From: Octopus vulgaris
Lineage: Eukaryota
Length of the DNA: 64,000 bases
Direction of reading: 5' to 3'
Assembly (NCBI GenBank): GCA_951406725.2
Contig: OX597820.1
Span: 61,194,001 to 61,258,000, forward strand
This document shows, in pieces, positions 25,744 to 38,544 of the stretch. The stretch's first letter is position 1; every line of letters starts with the position of its first letter. Under the pieces are notes generated by a model. That model was not told where the DNA came from, did no database searches, and saw nothing but the letters and a program-made list of their open reading frames with translations. The position numbers and the translations under genes are program-made.

Positions 25744-26163
25744 TTTCTTTATTAGCCACACAGGGCTGCACACAGACGGGACAGATTACAAAATAGAGCT
25801 TTTTTTTTGGAAGAAAGAAAAAAAAAAAAAAAAAGTGGGGTAGGTTTTCGATCAAAAGGGATCGTAAAAGGGAAAGAAGAAAAAAAAAGAAAAAACGAAA
25901 AGAAACAAAATAAAAGAACAAAAAAAGGAAAAAATAAAAGATCAATAGGGATCGTGTATCACAGTGTAATGATGTACGGTGTAAAGGGGGAAACAGATAA
26001 GGATTATCCGTGGGAAGAAAAGCCTACGGAAAAGACCACGGTAACCTCGGTCAATATTGTTACATGTTACCACATTTGTTTGCAAGTGGGTAACCCTCTG
26101 TTTTCAATTTCTGAGTTCATAGGATTATGCTCAAGGTGGCTTCGTCATTCATACGTGCTATCC

Positions 26164-26325
<162 letters not shown>

Positions 26326-26453
26326 CGGGCTTCTTTCAGTTTCCATCTACCAAATCCACTCACAAGGTTTAGATTAGCCTGGGGCAACAGTAGAAGACAT
26401 TTGCTTAAGGTACCATGCAGTGGGACTGAACCCGGAACCATGTGTGTGTGTAT

Positions 26454-26500
<47 letters not shown>

Positions 26501-26663
26501 CATGTATGTATGTATATACGTATATATATTTCGACACAACAGAATATGTATGTATAGATAGATATATAGATAGATAGATAGATAGATAGATAGAGATATG
26601 TAGATATATCTAGATATATACATACACACGCATGTGCACACACGTTATCACGTTATCTGTAAT

Positions 26664-26695
<32 letters not shown>

Positions 26696-26696
26696 T

Positions 26697-26735
<39 letters not shown>

Positions 26736-26859
26736 TGTATGTGAATATATATATGCATATTTCTGCATGCTCGCATGTGTGTATGCGTGCGACTGTGTTA
26801 CTATATATGAGTACGTGTGAACCTTTTCTCTCTCCCTCTTCCTCTCTCCCTTTGTCTTG

Positions 26860-26901
<42 letters not shown>

Positions 26902-27257
26902 CGCGCACACACACACGCACACATTCTTATATTAATACATATATATATATACATCTATGTTTAACCAGAAGGCATCGTCGGGAACAGCCATACCTGTACC
27001 TGCCAGTGATACGCTCAATTGTGATCGGAGCAGGAGCCAAGACAAATGGTGACGCTAGTAACAGGTCAACTGTTACTAGCGTCTCTTTAGCTGTCCATTC
27101 TTGTACCAGCAGCAAACTGGTACCCACCCGCATAACTCACTTGCTTTGTTCACCAATACAGCCTCTCTTTCTCTCTCCCTTTCTCCCTCCTTCTTCTTCT
27201 TTCCCTGTTTTTCTCTATCTCTCTCTTTACTTCTTCTTCTTTCTCTGTTTCTCTCTC

Positions 27258-27324
<67 letters not shown>

Positions 27325-27732
27325 CTTTATTCTCCTCTTATAGATCACTTGTCTGTCACATTTCAAGATATATGCAAACGAACGGTGTGTATAAGTAATA
27401 CAGGGACGCATACGCACTTTCGTTTCATACTATCTGAAAACACATACACTCACACACACACACATACACTCACACACACACACACATACACTCACACACA
27501 CACACACATACACACACATTCACTAGAGAAAAAGAAGGGTGGGGGGAGAAAAAGAGAAAGAGAAAAGCAAAAAATGTGTATGTTAAATAAATATTTATGC
27601 TCTCAGCTCTTATATGCATAACATATATAACGGATATATAGACATAGAGAACACACGTAAATATTTATACTCTAAACATGCACATACGCGTATATACTCA
27701 TGCATACACACACATGCATATAAACGTGTGTG

Positions 27733-27772
<40 letters not shown>

Positions 27773-27943
27773 TGTGTGTGTGTGCTACAGAAGCTTAAAT
27801 ACACTTTCTGTTTATCGCACTTCCTTCTCTATCTCTCTCACCTTTTTTTTTTTAATTTCAAACAAGTGCACACGCACACGAAAAGCACTTCTCTTACGAA
27901 TGCAAACATACAGACATATCTCTCTCCCCCATCACCACCCCTC

Positions 27944-27990
<47 letters not shown>

Positions 27991-28551
27991 GTTGCAGACA
28001 AACCCGTACATTCAGTCATTCTTTTCCTTTCTCTCTTACAAGCACACACATTAATACATATTTAAAGACACTTTTTCTCCCTTTCTAGCTCCCCCCCCCA
28101 GTATCTCCCTCTCTCTCTCTAACTTTCTCCCCACTCTCTCTCCCTCTCTCTCTCTCTCTCTCTCCCTTCTCTCACTTTGTGCGTTTCTGTTTTCTCTCTC
28201 ACTCTCATTCTGTGCATTTTCTCTGTCTGTCTGTCTCTCAATCTATCTATCCATTTATCTTTATCTATCTGTCTATCTTCAATCAGTTTATTCACCTCCT
28301 TTGAGACAGACAAATAATGAGAGAGAGAAACAGAGAAAGAGAGAAAGAGAGAGGGAGAGAGAAAGAGAGATTGTGTGTGTGTGTGTGTGTGTGTTTCCGC
28401 TAGAATTTACTAGTTTCGATCTGTTTACACCACAAATTACTCTAGAAAGAGCAAATAAATGAACAAAGCAAATTAAAACTGACAAGCAAATATATAATCG
28501 CATCCAAGATCATACATACAGACATACACACACACATACACACACACACAT

Positions 28552-28598
<47 letters not shown>

Positions 28599-29117
28599 CA
28601 CATATTCACCTACACACACATATATATAAGGCTAAAAGCTTTACCATCTTCGTGTCACCTACAACGTATTTTTAATGATCAACAATATAGTTTCTGCAGA
28701 ACCAGAGACAATGGAGAGCCCTCTCCTACACACCAATCTTCTCTTGCCCTTGAAATTTTTGGTGAAAGAAAAATTTGATGCCTTTCACATTAATTCGTAA
28801 AATTTTCGACCTTGACTGGCATGAAAAAAACTGCCCTCCTTTTCATTGTAATCTATCGCAGTACATTGTCTCCACTGTATAATAGTTCAGTGTATCTCAG
28901 GGCTCTGTTATCTTACCCGCTCTCTTCTATGTAGTATAATAGTACTTGTTATTTGGGCAGCGAGATAACAGAATCGTTAGCACTCCGGATAAAATGCTTA
29001 GCGACATTTGATCTGTCTTTACGTGATGAATTCAAATACCACCGAGGATGACTTTGCCTTTCCCTTTCGGGAATGATAAAATAAGTTCCAGACAGACAGG
29101 CAGACAGACAGACGGAC

Positions 29118-29205
<88 letters not shown>

Positions 29206-30936
29206 CGATAGATAGATAGATAGATAGATGACTTGTTTCAGTCATTGGACTGCGGCCATGCTGGGGCACCCCGTCTTGAAGAGTTTAGTCGAACAAATCG
29301 CCCTCGGTCCTTACTTTTTAGGCTGATGCTTATTCCATCGGTCACTTTTGCCAAACTGCTAAGTTATGGGGATGTAAACAAACCAACATTGATTGTCAAG
29401 CGATGGTGAGGGATCAACACAAACACGATGGTGCACACACACACGACGAGTTTCTTTGAAATATATTGTGTGTGTGTGTGTGTGTGTGTGTGATATGAAG
29501 ACTTATGACCACAACATGTTCATGTTTGAAAGTTTCCCTGCTTTTATTAATTCATTTAGAATCATTTCTTTATAAACAGAACTTTGCTTTGAATTACTTC
29601 AGAATCGGACTCCACTGTTTGTCCTTTATCGTTTATTCGTGAACGATTTAAACACTTGATGGAATAAAAAATAAATTGCTAATTTTTCAAATTCAACGTT
29701 TTGCTGTCCTTTATACATGTGGTGAGATTTTAGCTTTTCTCGAGTGTGTGTGTGTGTGCGCGTGAGAGAGAGAGAGAGAGAGAGCCAAAGTACGCAATAT
29801 TATTGATCCATTACAGCCGATCTTACCAATCAGTTTCGCACAGAATGTTGGGTAATCAGACAATCATCTAACAACTGCGCTCGTCGGAGATTGCTCAGAT
29901 GGAAAAGCTGGCGACTGTTCTCTGTTATTGGAGGTGAGGAAGTTTATGGGTGCTTTGAAAAAAAAATACGAAACGAAGTTACAAGACATAGTTAAGAGAG
30001 AGATCCATCAAGAGTTACTCTTCTTGGCCCTGAAAAACCTCTAGTGAGTTGTAACTGCCAGCAAAATCGGGGTGGGGGACTGATATATGCATAGAGGTTG
30101 GAGGGATTGGTGTGTATGTAGAGTGTTTGGAGGGGCCACTGAGCGGGTGCCCAAACATTTTACTTCATGTGTGGCTGCATATGTGTATGCGTGTTAAGGT
30201 GTGTGTGGTTTGGTGTGGTCAAACTCCCAGGTTGTGATAGTAGAAAGAGCGATGGTGCAGCCCGTAATTAAACCATCACGTATTTTTTCTAATGAGAGCA
30301 CGAGCGAAGAAATTTCGTTTTTGCAGTTTAGGTAAGTGTCCGAGAGAAGAGAGTATTTTAACATAATTCTTTTCTTAGCTGGGCATAACCAATATTTTCT
30401 GCTTGCACTTCTCCAGCACTTGTTTTTAAAGTTTGATACTTATTCTTTCGTTCTCTTTTGTTGAACCGCTAGTTACGGAGACGTAAACAAACTAATGACA
30501 GGCCTTCAATTAGTTCCTGCGTGCTAAATTCACCCATGGCCCGGGGTCATAGTGGAAGAGAGTTAAACAAGGTGCTGCGCATTGAGACTGAACTCCAAAC
30601 CACGTGATTACAAGACAAGCTTCTTTACCACACAGCCATGCCTGTGTCTAAGGCTATTGGTTACATCGTTTTTATTAATTATACTCATACATGATTAACA
30701 AAGGCAGTAAGCTGGCAGAACCGCAGGTGAAAATAACGGCGTTTCGTCCGTCTTCACGTTTCGAGTTCAAAGTCCGCCGAGGTCGACATTGCTTGCCGTC
30801 CTTTCGGAATTGATAAACTAAATACCATTTGAACCTCCTCCCCTATAATGTCAGACCTTGTTCTTTTAGAAGAAAGAATTAATCATACATGAGTGCAATA
30901 AAATTATGAATAACGCGTTTTCCAAAATCTATTTTT

Positions 30937-31356
30937 GGATCTTTTCGGTTTGAACGGCAGTTTTTAACATAATTTCTAGGTAACTAAAAAAATTTTAACT
31001 TCTTATACTGGTAGAATGTGTTTATAAAACATCTTTTTCTCTTGGCTTTATTGAGAAAATTCTATAGTTTGTAAGATATTTGTTGTTTTTTCTTTTTCTT
31101 CAGTTTCTGCGATTTCAACCAATCAGTGACGTCTAGTGAGGTAAAAAGCATTCTGTGCCGAATGAATATGTCCCTCGTTTAAGAAATAGATTGGGTTTAT
31201 TTACATTTGTGAAGAAAAAAAGATACCCTTCCCCCACCCCTAACCCTAACCCTAAAACAGATTGAAATGCAATAGATCGATTATATGGTCATAATTATGG
31301 GTGACAATTTCATATGACACCGCTAGAAAAAACTGCCGTTGAAACCGAAAAGATCC
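30937..31356. mobile_element. Merlin-like MITE with 8-bp TSD and internal (CCCTAA)3
   Basis: TIR GGATCTTTTCGGTTTGAACGGCAGTTTTT / AAAAACTGCCGTTGAAACCGAAAAGATCC. CTATTTTT duplicated at 30929-30936 and 31357-31364. Confidence 0.85.
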
Positions 31357-31924
31357 CTATTTTTTTATACATATTTTTTTAAAACCTTAACTTAAACTTC
31401 AGAAAGACAAAATAGAAAAACTCGGCATACCGTTAGAGAACCACTAAAAATACAATGGCAAGTTGTGAAAATTGATTAAAGAGCAGAAAAATAAAACTCG
31501 GAAGAAAATGAAAGAGAGAAAATGGTATTGCAACAATTAATAGAGGCATCATACTTCACATTCTATTAAATGACTGCAAAAGAAAAAAAAAATGTCATGT
31601 TAAAAACTCTTTGTGATTGTATAGATCTGACCTGAACGATTCATAACTGCCATCGGACTCGGGTCGGGTGTTCACCTGACATCTTTATTTACACAGCAAC
31701 ATTACACAAATTTGTGGTAAACGAATGAAATTTCATGAAGCTCAAGTATGAGAATGTACATAAATAAAACATCGAGAATACGTGAATGTAAAGCAACAAA
31801 AAATAAATAAAGGTATAAAAAAATAAAAGACAAGACGTTTATAGCTAATTTATGTTCGTTACGTTACAGAGAAATAGTTACAGGAAGGTGATAACATGGT
31901 ACATGTCGACCCGGATAAATATTG

Positions 31925-33352
31925 ATCTCTAACATAAGCACAAGGCCACAAATTCTGAGAGAGGGTATCATTGGTTATATCGACCCTTGTATTTGTCATG
32001 TGTTTATTTCATCAGCCCCCAAGAAGGGTAAACGGCAATGTCTACAAGAGCGGGATTCGAACGCAGAACGTAAAGAGCGGCAACTAAATACAAGACATTA
32101 TTTAATGCTTTAACCATCCTGCCAATCTACCGCCCTAATAGCCTCAAGTAATTAATACTTAATGGCATAGATACAAAAGCTCAAATTTGAAGAAGGGCTT
32201 GTATCGATAATATCGAAACTAGTATTTTATTTTATCAACATCGGAAGAATGAAAAGGAAAGTTCTCGTAGGATTTGAACTTACATCGTAAAGAGACCTAA
32301 CAAAAATGTACTTTCTGTTATAAGCTCAAAGCCGAGAGAATAAGGACAGTCGATTACATCAACCCCAGTACTCAACATCGACCACGAAAGCATGAAAGGC
32401 AAAAATCAGCCTCGGAGGAATTTGAACTCAGGACGCAATGCCGCCAAGTATTTCAACCGGCGTGCTAACATTTCTACCAATTCCCCGCCTTAATTCGAAA
32501 CCAATATTCTTTTCTACTCTAGGCACAAGGCCCGAAATTTGGGGGGAGGAGGCCAATCGATTAGATCGACCCAGAACACAACTGGTACTTAATTTATCGT
32601 CCCCGAAAGGATGAAAGGCAAAGTCGACCTCAGCAGAATTTCAACTCAGAACATAAAGACAGACGAAATACTACCAAGCATTTCGCCTGGCGTGTAACTT
32701 TTCTGCCAACTCACCGCCTTAATTCGAAATAAATATTCTTTTCTAATCCAGGCACAAAGCCCGAAATTTGGGGTGAAGGATCCAATCGATTGGACTGACC
32801 CCAGTACGCAATAGGTACTTAATTTATCGACCCTGAAAGGATGAAAGGCAAAGTCAACCTCGGCGGAATTTGAACTCAGAACGTAGCGGCAGATGAAATA
32901 CCTATTTCTTTACTGCCCACAAGGGGCTAAACACAGAGGGGACAAACAAGGACAGACAAAGGGATTAAGTCGATTACATCGAGCCCAGTGCGTAACTGGT
33001 ACTTAATTTATCGACCCCGAAAGGATGAAAGGCAAAGTCGACCTCGGCGGAATCTGAACTCAGAGCGTAACGGCAGACGAAATACGGCTACGCATTTCGC
33101 CCGGCGTGCTAACGTTTCTTATTTCTTTATTGCCCGCAAGGGGCTAAACAGAAAAGGGACAAACTAGGACAGATAAAGGGATTAAGTCGATTACATAGGC
33201 CACAGTGCGTAATTGGTACTTAATTTATCGACCCCGAAAGGATGAAAGGCAAAGTCGACCTTGGCGGAATTTGAACTCAGAACGTAACGGCAGACGAAAT
33301 ACTGCTAAGCATTTCGCCGAGCGTGCTAACGTTTCTGCCAGCTCGCAGCCTT
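31925..33352 (-). repeat. Head-to-tail array of about 7 Meta-like SINE copies
   Basis: Repeated cgaccccgaaaggatgaaaggcaaagtcgacctcggcggaatttgaactcag units with two different tail types. Confidence 0.9.
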
Positions 33353-33707
33353 AATTCAAAACCAATACTGAGACAGAGAAGGCAGGAGCTGGCAAGATCT
33401 TTAGCACGCCGAACAAAATACTTAGCGGCGTTTCTTCCGGCTTATCGTTCTGAGTACAGATTATACCGAGGTCGACTTTGCCTTTTATCCTTTCGGAGTC
33501 TATAAAATAAGTACCATTTGAACACTGGAGTCAATGAAATTGTCTGGGCCCTCTCCCAGTAAATTTCAAGACTTGCGTCTATAGTAGAAAGAATTATTAT
33601 TAAGACATAATCAAGAAACGTATGTAGTGAACCAGATAATTTTAATAAATTAAAATTATAATGAGAGAAAAAAATCACAATCTCAATGACTGATTATTTA
33701 TTTATTT

Positions 33708-34100
33708 GTGGAGGCGCAATGGCCCAGTGGTTAGGGCAGCGGACTCGCGGTCGTAGGATCGCGGTTTCGATTCCCAGACCGGGCGTTGTGAGTGTTTATT
33801 GAGCGAAAACACTTAAAGCTCCACGAGGCTCCGGCAGGGATGGTGGTGATCCCTGCTGTACTCTTTCACCACAACTTTCTCTCACTCTTACTTCCTGTCT
33901 CTCTTGTACCTGTATTTCAAAGGGCCGGCCTTGTCACTCTCTGTGTCACGCTGAATATTCCCGAGAACTACGTTAAGGGTACACGTGTCTGTGGAGTGCT
34001 CAGCCACTTACACGTTAATTTCACGAGCAGGCTGTTCCGTTGATTCGGATCAACCGGAACCCTCGTCGTCGTAACCGACGGAGTGCTTCCAAAAAAAAAA
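33708..34100 (+). mobile_element. Young tRNA-derived SINE with A-tail
   Basis: Head TGGCCCAGTGGTTAGGGC..GGTTTCGATTCCC (pol III A/B boxes), A10 tail, flanking ATTTATTTATTT. Near-identical to 43832-44215. Confidence 0.9.
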
Positions 34101-34264
34101 ATTTATTTATTTAGCTCGATGTAAAGAAAGAAGTTTGCAGGCTCTACGAGAGCGGTGAGATTGATGCCGTTAACGCTCATTCTGAGCAGTTTCTAACAAC
34201 TGCTGGCGGGATGGGTACGAGGCATTTTTATACTGCCATTTTGATATCACATCAGACGTTCTAA

Positions 34265-34321
<57 letters not shown>

Positions 34322-34427
34322 CTGTCTGTCTCTCCTGCCTCTCTCACACACACGCACTCTGCTTATGTGTGCAAGCTTCTTCTAATGTTTGTATGGATGC
34401 GTAATCTCTCTCTCTCTCTATCTATAT

Positions 34428-34496
<69 letters not shown>

Positions 34497-35301
34497 GCAC
34501 ATACACACACATTCTGTAAAGCCGTATGTGATTATTTCTGCATGGGCGCGTGTGTGAGTCTGTTAGTCTCCTTTGCCAAAATGCACCGTCACCCAAACAA
34601 GATGAACGTCCAAGTCAGCCGTGTCAAATCGTCAACGTTCAAACAGCTGTGCCCAGTCGTTTCATTATGGAGAAAAATATGTGCAAGTAAGGAATTCTAG
34701 AGGGCTCTTGGTATGAACTGCATCAGGTCGATAATGGGGTCCTGATTCGAAAGTTCCAGAGTTTTGAGGAGTTGGAATCACCTCTTAGCCACTATTGTTC
34801 CTAGATCTACGCTGACCCAGAGCAGTAGCACATGTTAGGGTTCCAGCTATGAATTAATTAACATATTAGGGCTTACCCACCTATGGTTATGAAAAATGGA
34901 ACCAGCCGACTCTCCAGAAGGAAGGCGCCTGCAGCAATACATTCTGAAATGCAGAGAGTAAGATGAGGTATGTTAGATATCTTGGTCAGATTATCCACTG
35001 CATTTGTCCCCATCCTCAGTTGCCTTTACCTGGTCATGCCTCTGGATTGAAGACAGGTCCTCGTCGCTCTAACGGACGAACATGCGTAAGGTCCTAGGGT
35101 GACATTCAATCAAGGAAACGAGATGAGAAGAGATGAGTGAGTCGGAACTGTCTTATTGGAGGTGACATGAAAACAGCCAGTTCCGAGATATGGAGGCACT
35201 GTTGTAGCGGTATAGAAGCCAGAGAGTGTAGTGTGGTTGTAAGCGACTTCAAAGTAGTCAGTCTTAAAGGTGCCATATGTTTCGCATCTGCCATATAACT
35301 A

Positions 35302-36201
35302 CGATGTGTTATCAAAAGGTTCCCGGACTAGCTATGTTTAATAAAAAAAAAAAAATTATTTACTTAAATTCTAACATTATCTCCTTCCAAATAGTCACCT
35401 TGCGCAGCAATACACTGGTCCCAGCGTTCCTGCCACTTTTGGAATCCGGCCTGGAAGTGATTTTCCGTAAGCGAGACGAGGACCTTCTGTGATTCGCTCT
35501 AGACCTCGACAATGGTGTTAAAACGGTGACCTTTGAGTTGCATTTTCATCTGCAGGTGCTAAATTTGGCAAATAGGGAGGGTGCGGAAGCAATACCATGT
35601 TGTTTTTGACGAGAAACACACGAAAGATGAAAGCTCAGTGACAGGGTGCATTGCCGTGAAAAACCCAGTTGTTCACACTCCACTGATCCGGTCATTTTAC
35701 CGTATGTCCTCCCTCAAACACTTCAAAACGTCGCAGTGGAACTCTCAGTTAACGGTCTGGCCCTGTGGGACGAATTCCTTATGCACAATACCACATTTCT
35801 GGGAGCGACACTCGTGGCAGGGTTTACAGAACGCTCATCGTCTTCCGAGGGTGTTCTCCCTCATTTGAAGAGCCCGTGTCACTCGAAACACTGTGTACGA
35901 CCCATTGCTTCATCGCCATAAGCTTGCCGAAGCATGCTCAATGTCTCTGTAGCAGACTTCCCAAGTTTAACAAAAAATTTCACGTTTGCTCTTTGTTCCT
36001 GTCCGTGACAAAATCGCAGACTACAGCAAACACGTGATCAAAAAGCCACAAATTTCACAACTTGCGAAGTCAACACAGTGATGTCACTTGGCACACTACC
36101 TTATGAAGGTTACTGCTAGCGCTCACTGCACATGCAACTGTATCCTGCCATTTGTTGGCGCGCTGTAGAACTTGGTCCGGGAACTTTTTGATACCAATTC
36201 G
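35302..36201 (-). mobile_element. Internally deleted mariner element
   Basis: Imperfect TIRs CGATGTGTTATCAAAAGGTTCCCGGACTA / TGGTCCGGGAACTTTTTGATACCAATTCG, flanked by TA. Minus strand has a mariner-like C-terminus (FQKWQERWDQCIAAQGDYLEG). Confidence 0.8.
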
Positions 36202-38246
36202 TACATTTCGATTTTCATAAACTATGACTATTACGCCCTGATATAAAAATGTTCAATTAATATCAATACATTCTACTAGGGAACAATGAAACAAAATAAG
36301 AACTTGCACTATCTTCGGTAAGCAAAACAAGTAAGACGTAACCGGGGAATTTCCTTCGTCTGATACCAATCGGATATCATCATGATTTCGATTCCATGCT
36401 GAAGGTTTCCCTGAGATATTTTCCCCATGTAAGTCATAATATCACTCAGTGTTCATTCATGGAAAACTTATATCTCTATCATTCTAAGATTTGACAATGC
36501 GGTTTGTCGAGTATTCACTAATGAAGTCTAATGAGGCCACAACATGTCTGGAGTTGTCAGCGTACTTCCAATGAATAGATTTAATCTTCATTCCATTCTA
36601 AATTTTATTGATTTTACCTCCGGAGTTCTTTCCCCTGATGTTCTTTGCCAGACTCAATCAGTCACATAATATTTTTCCCACTGTAATAGATGTGATTTGA
36701 ATTGATTAAAATTTTTCTTCGAACATCTCATGTTTATCATCTATTTCACCATAGATTATTTATGCATCAACTATTTTTATGCTGCTGCTACTCCTACTAC
36801 TGCTGCTATTGCATCTATTGTTGTTGCTGGTGGTGTTGGTGGTGATGGTATCGTTGCCTAGCGCCAGAATATCCCCTATTGATCAAACTTATGATCAGGA
36901 GCATTCTAACGGTGCCCATCCCGTTTTTCCCCAAGATTTACTTTATCTTAAACAGCAATATCCAACAAGTCCTTCCATTTTTTTTTTTTTTTTTTTTTGA
37001 GGCGGTATGATGTAATTTGAAAGATACTTTATCGTTATCTTTATCGGGCATGGCTCTGTAGTTTAAACGTTTGATTTGAAAATATATATCTTCGAATTTA
37101 ATCCCACTGCTACCTTGAGCAAGTACTTTTTATTTATTTTAGAGACGGAAATTGTGTGAAAATTCCTCGGATGAGTCGTTTTTGCTCTTGTTTGGTTGAC
37201 TGTAGGCGGCGAGCTGGCAGAAACGTTAGTACGCCAGGCGAAATGCGTAGCCATATTTCGTCTGCCGTTACGTGCTGAGTTCAAATTCCGCCGAGGTCGA
37301 CTTTGCCTTTCATCCTTTCGGGGTCGATAAATTAAGTACCAGTTACACACTGGAGTCGATGTAATCGACTTAATCTGTCTGTCTGTCTTTGTTTGTCCCC
37401 TCTGTGTTTAGCTCCTTGTGGGTAGTAAAGAAATGTTTGCTTGACTGAAGCCATCGTTCACTTCAACACCTTTACTACCTGTCCCCACGGGTGCCTTAAA
37501 CGGTGTCCATTCTGTTGTAAGCAGTTGAAACAGGTGTGTGGTCTAAGAATAACTTTATACATTGCAACCACCAAACTCAGAAGGCCTGAAATGGTCATAG
37601 GTGTTGCCTGTCTTCCTCAGACAAAGCCATTACAAAAAAAGTGTCGTGCGACCTAAAAAGATTGACTCATTATCTCGTTACTAGTATTTTTGGAGAGCTG
37701 CGAAAATCGTTAGAGTGCCGGAAAAATGCCTTGCTTTATATTCTGAGTTTAAATCCCGCCGAGATCAACTTAATCTTTTGTTGTTCCATAGTTGATAAAA
37801 TAAAGTACCAGCCTATTACTAGGATCAATGATATCGACTAAATGCTCTCTTCCTCAAAATTATTAACCCCGTAACTAAACTGTGAATCATGATTAAAGGT
37901 GTTGAAGGCAATGAACTGGCAGAATCGTTAGCACGCTGGGCAAAAAATGCTTAGCGGCATTTCGTCCATCTTTACGTTTTGACTTTAAATTCCGCCAAGG
38001 TCGACTTTGTCTTTCATCTTCTTGGAGTCGATAGAATAAGTACCATTTGAACACTGTGGTCTATGTGATTCCCCGAAACTGCTGGCTTTGCGTCAAAATT
38101 TGAAACCATTTTAAAAGGTTGTGAGAGGTGATGGAGAGACAGAATTATAGGATCATCGAAAAATGCTTCGCAGTATTTGTTATGGGTTGAAATCTCAAAA
38201 TTGCTAGCATAAATTAGAAACAGGTAATAGTGCAGTGGATAATATG

Positions 38247-38297
<51 letters not shown>

Positions 38298-38544
38298 ATG
38301 GTGATTGCTCTATCTTTACAGATGATTGCCATCTCTCTGAGTTCCCTCGTTGTCAATGGCGATTCTGACTTTCCGCCCACGACCCCCTCAGATGAATATT
38401 CAGTTTCACTGCAGGTCTGCATAGTTTGAAGCAAAGGTGACAGACGAAATTTGTAACTTCCACTGAACTGATGAGATCACTTTTGTGAGATATGATTCCT
38501 ATGAATAGCTATAAGTCTCTTCAGGCCCGAAATCGACTTACAAG

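Noticed and set aside
29817-29933. Plus-strand AG..GT-bounded 117-nt open segment
   Set aside because: No recognisable protein pattern, weak pyrimidine tract and no partner plus-strand exons.
31925-33352. Repeat-spacer-like periodicity (CRISPR-like)
   Set aside because: Units are ~200-bp SINE copies in eukaryotic DNA, with no unique spacers and no cas genes.
33712-33790. tRNA-like sequence with A and B boxes
   Set aside because: It continues into a shared SINE body with A-tail and TSD, and lacks a proper acceptor stem; a SINE head, not a tRNA gene.
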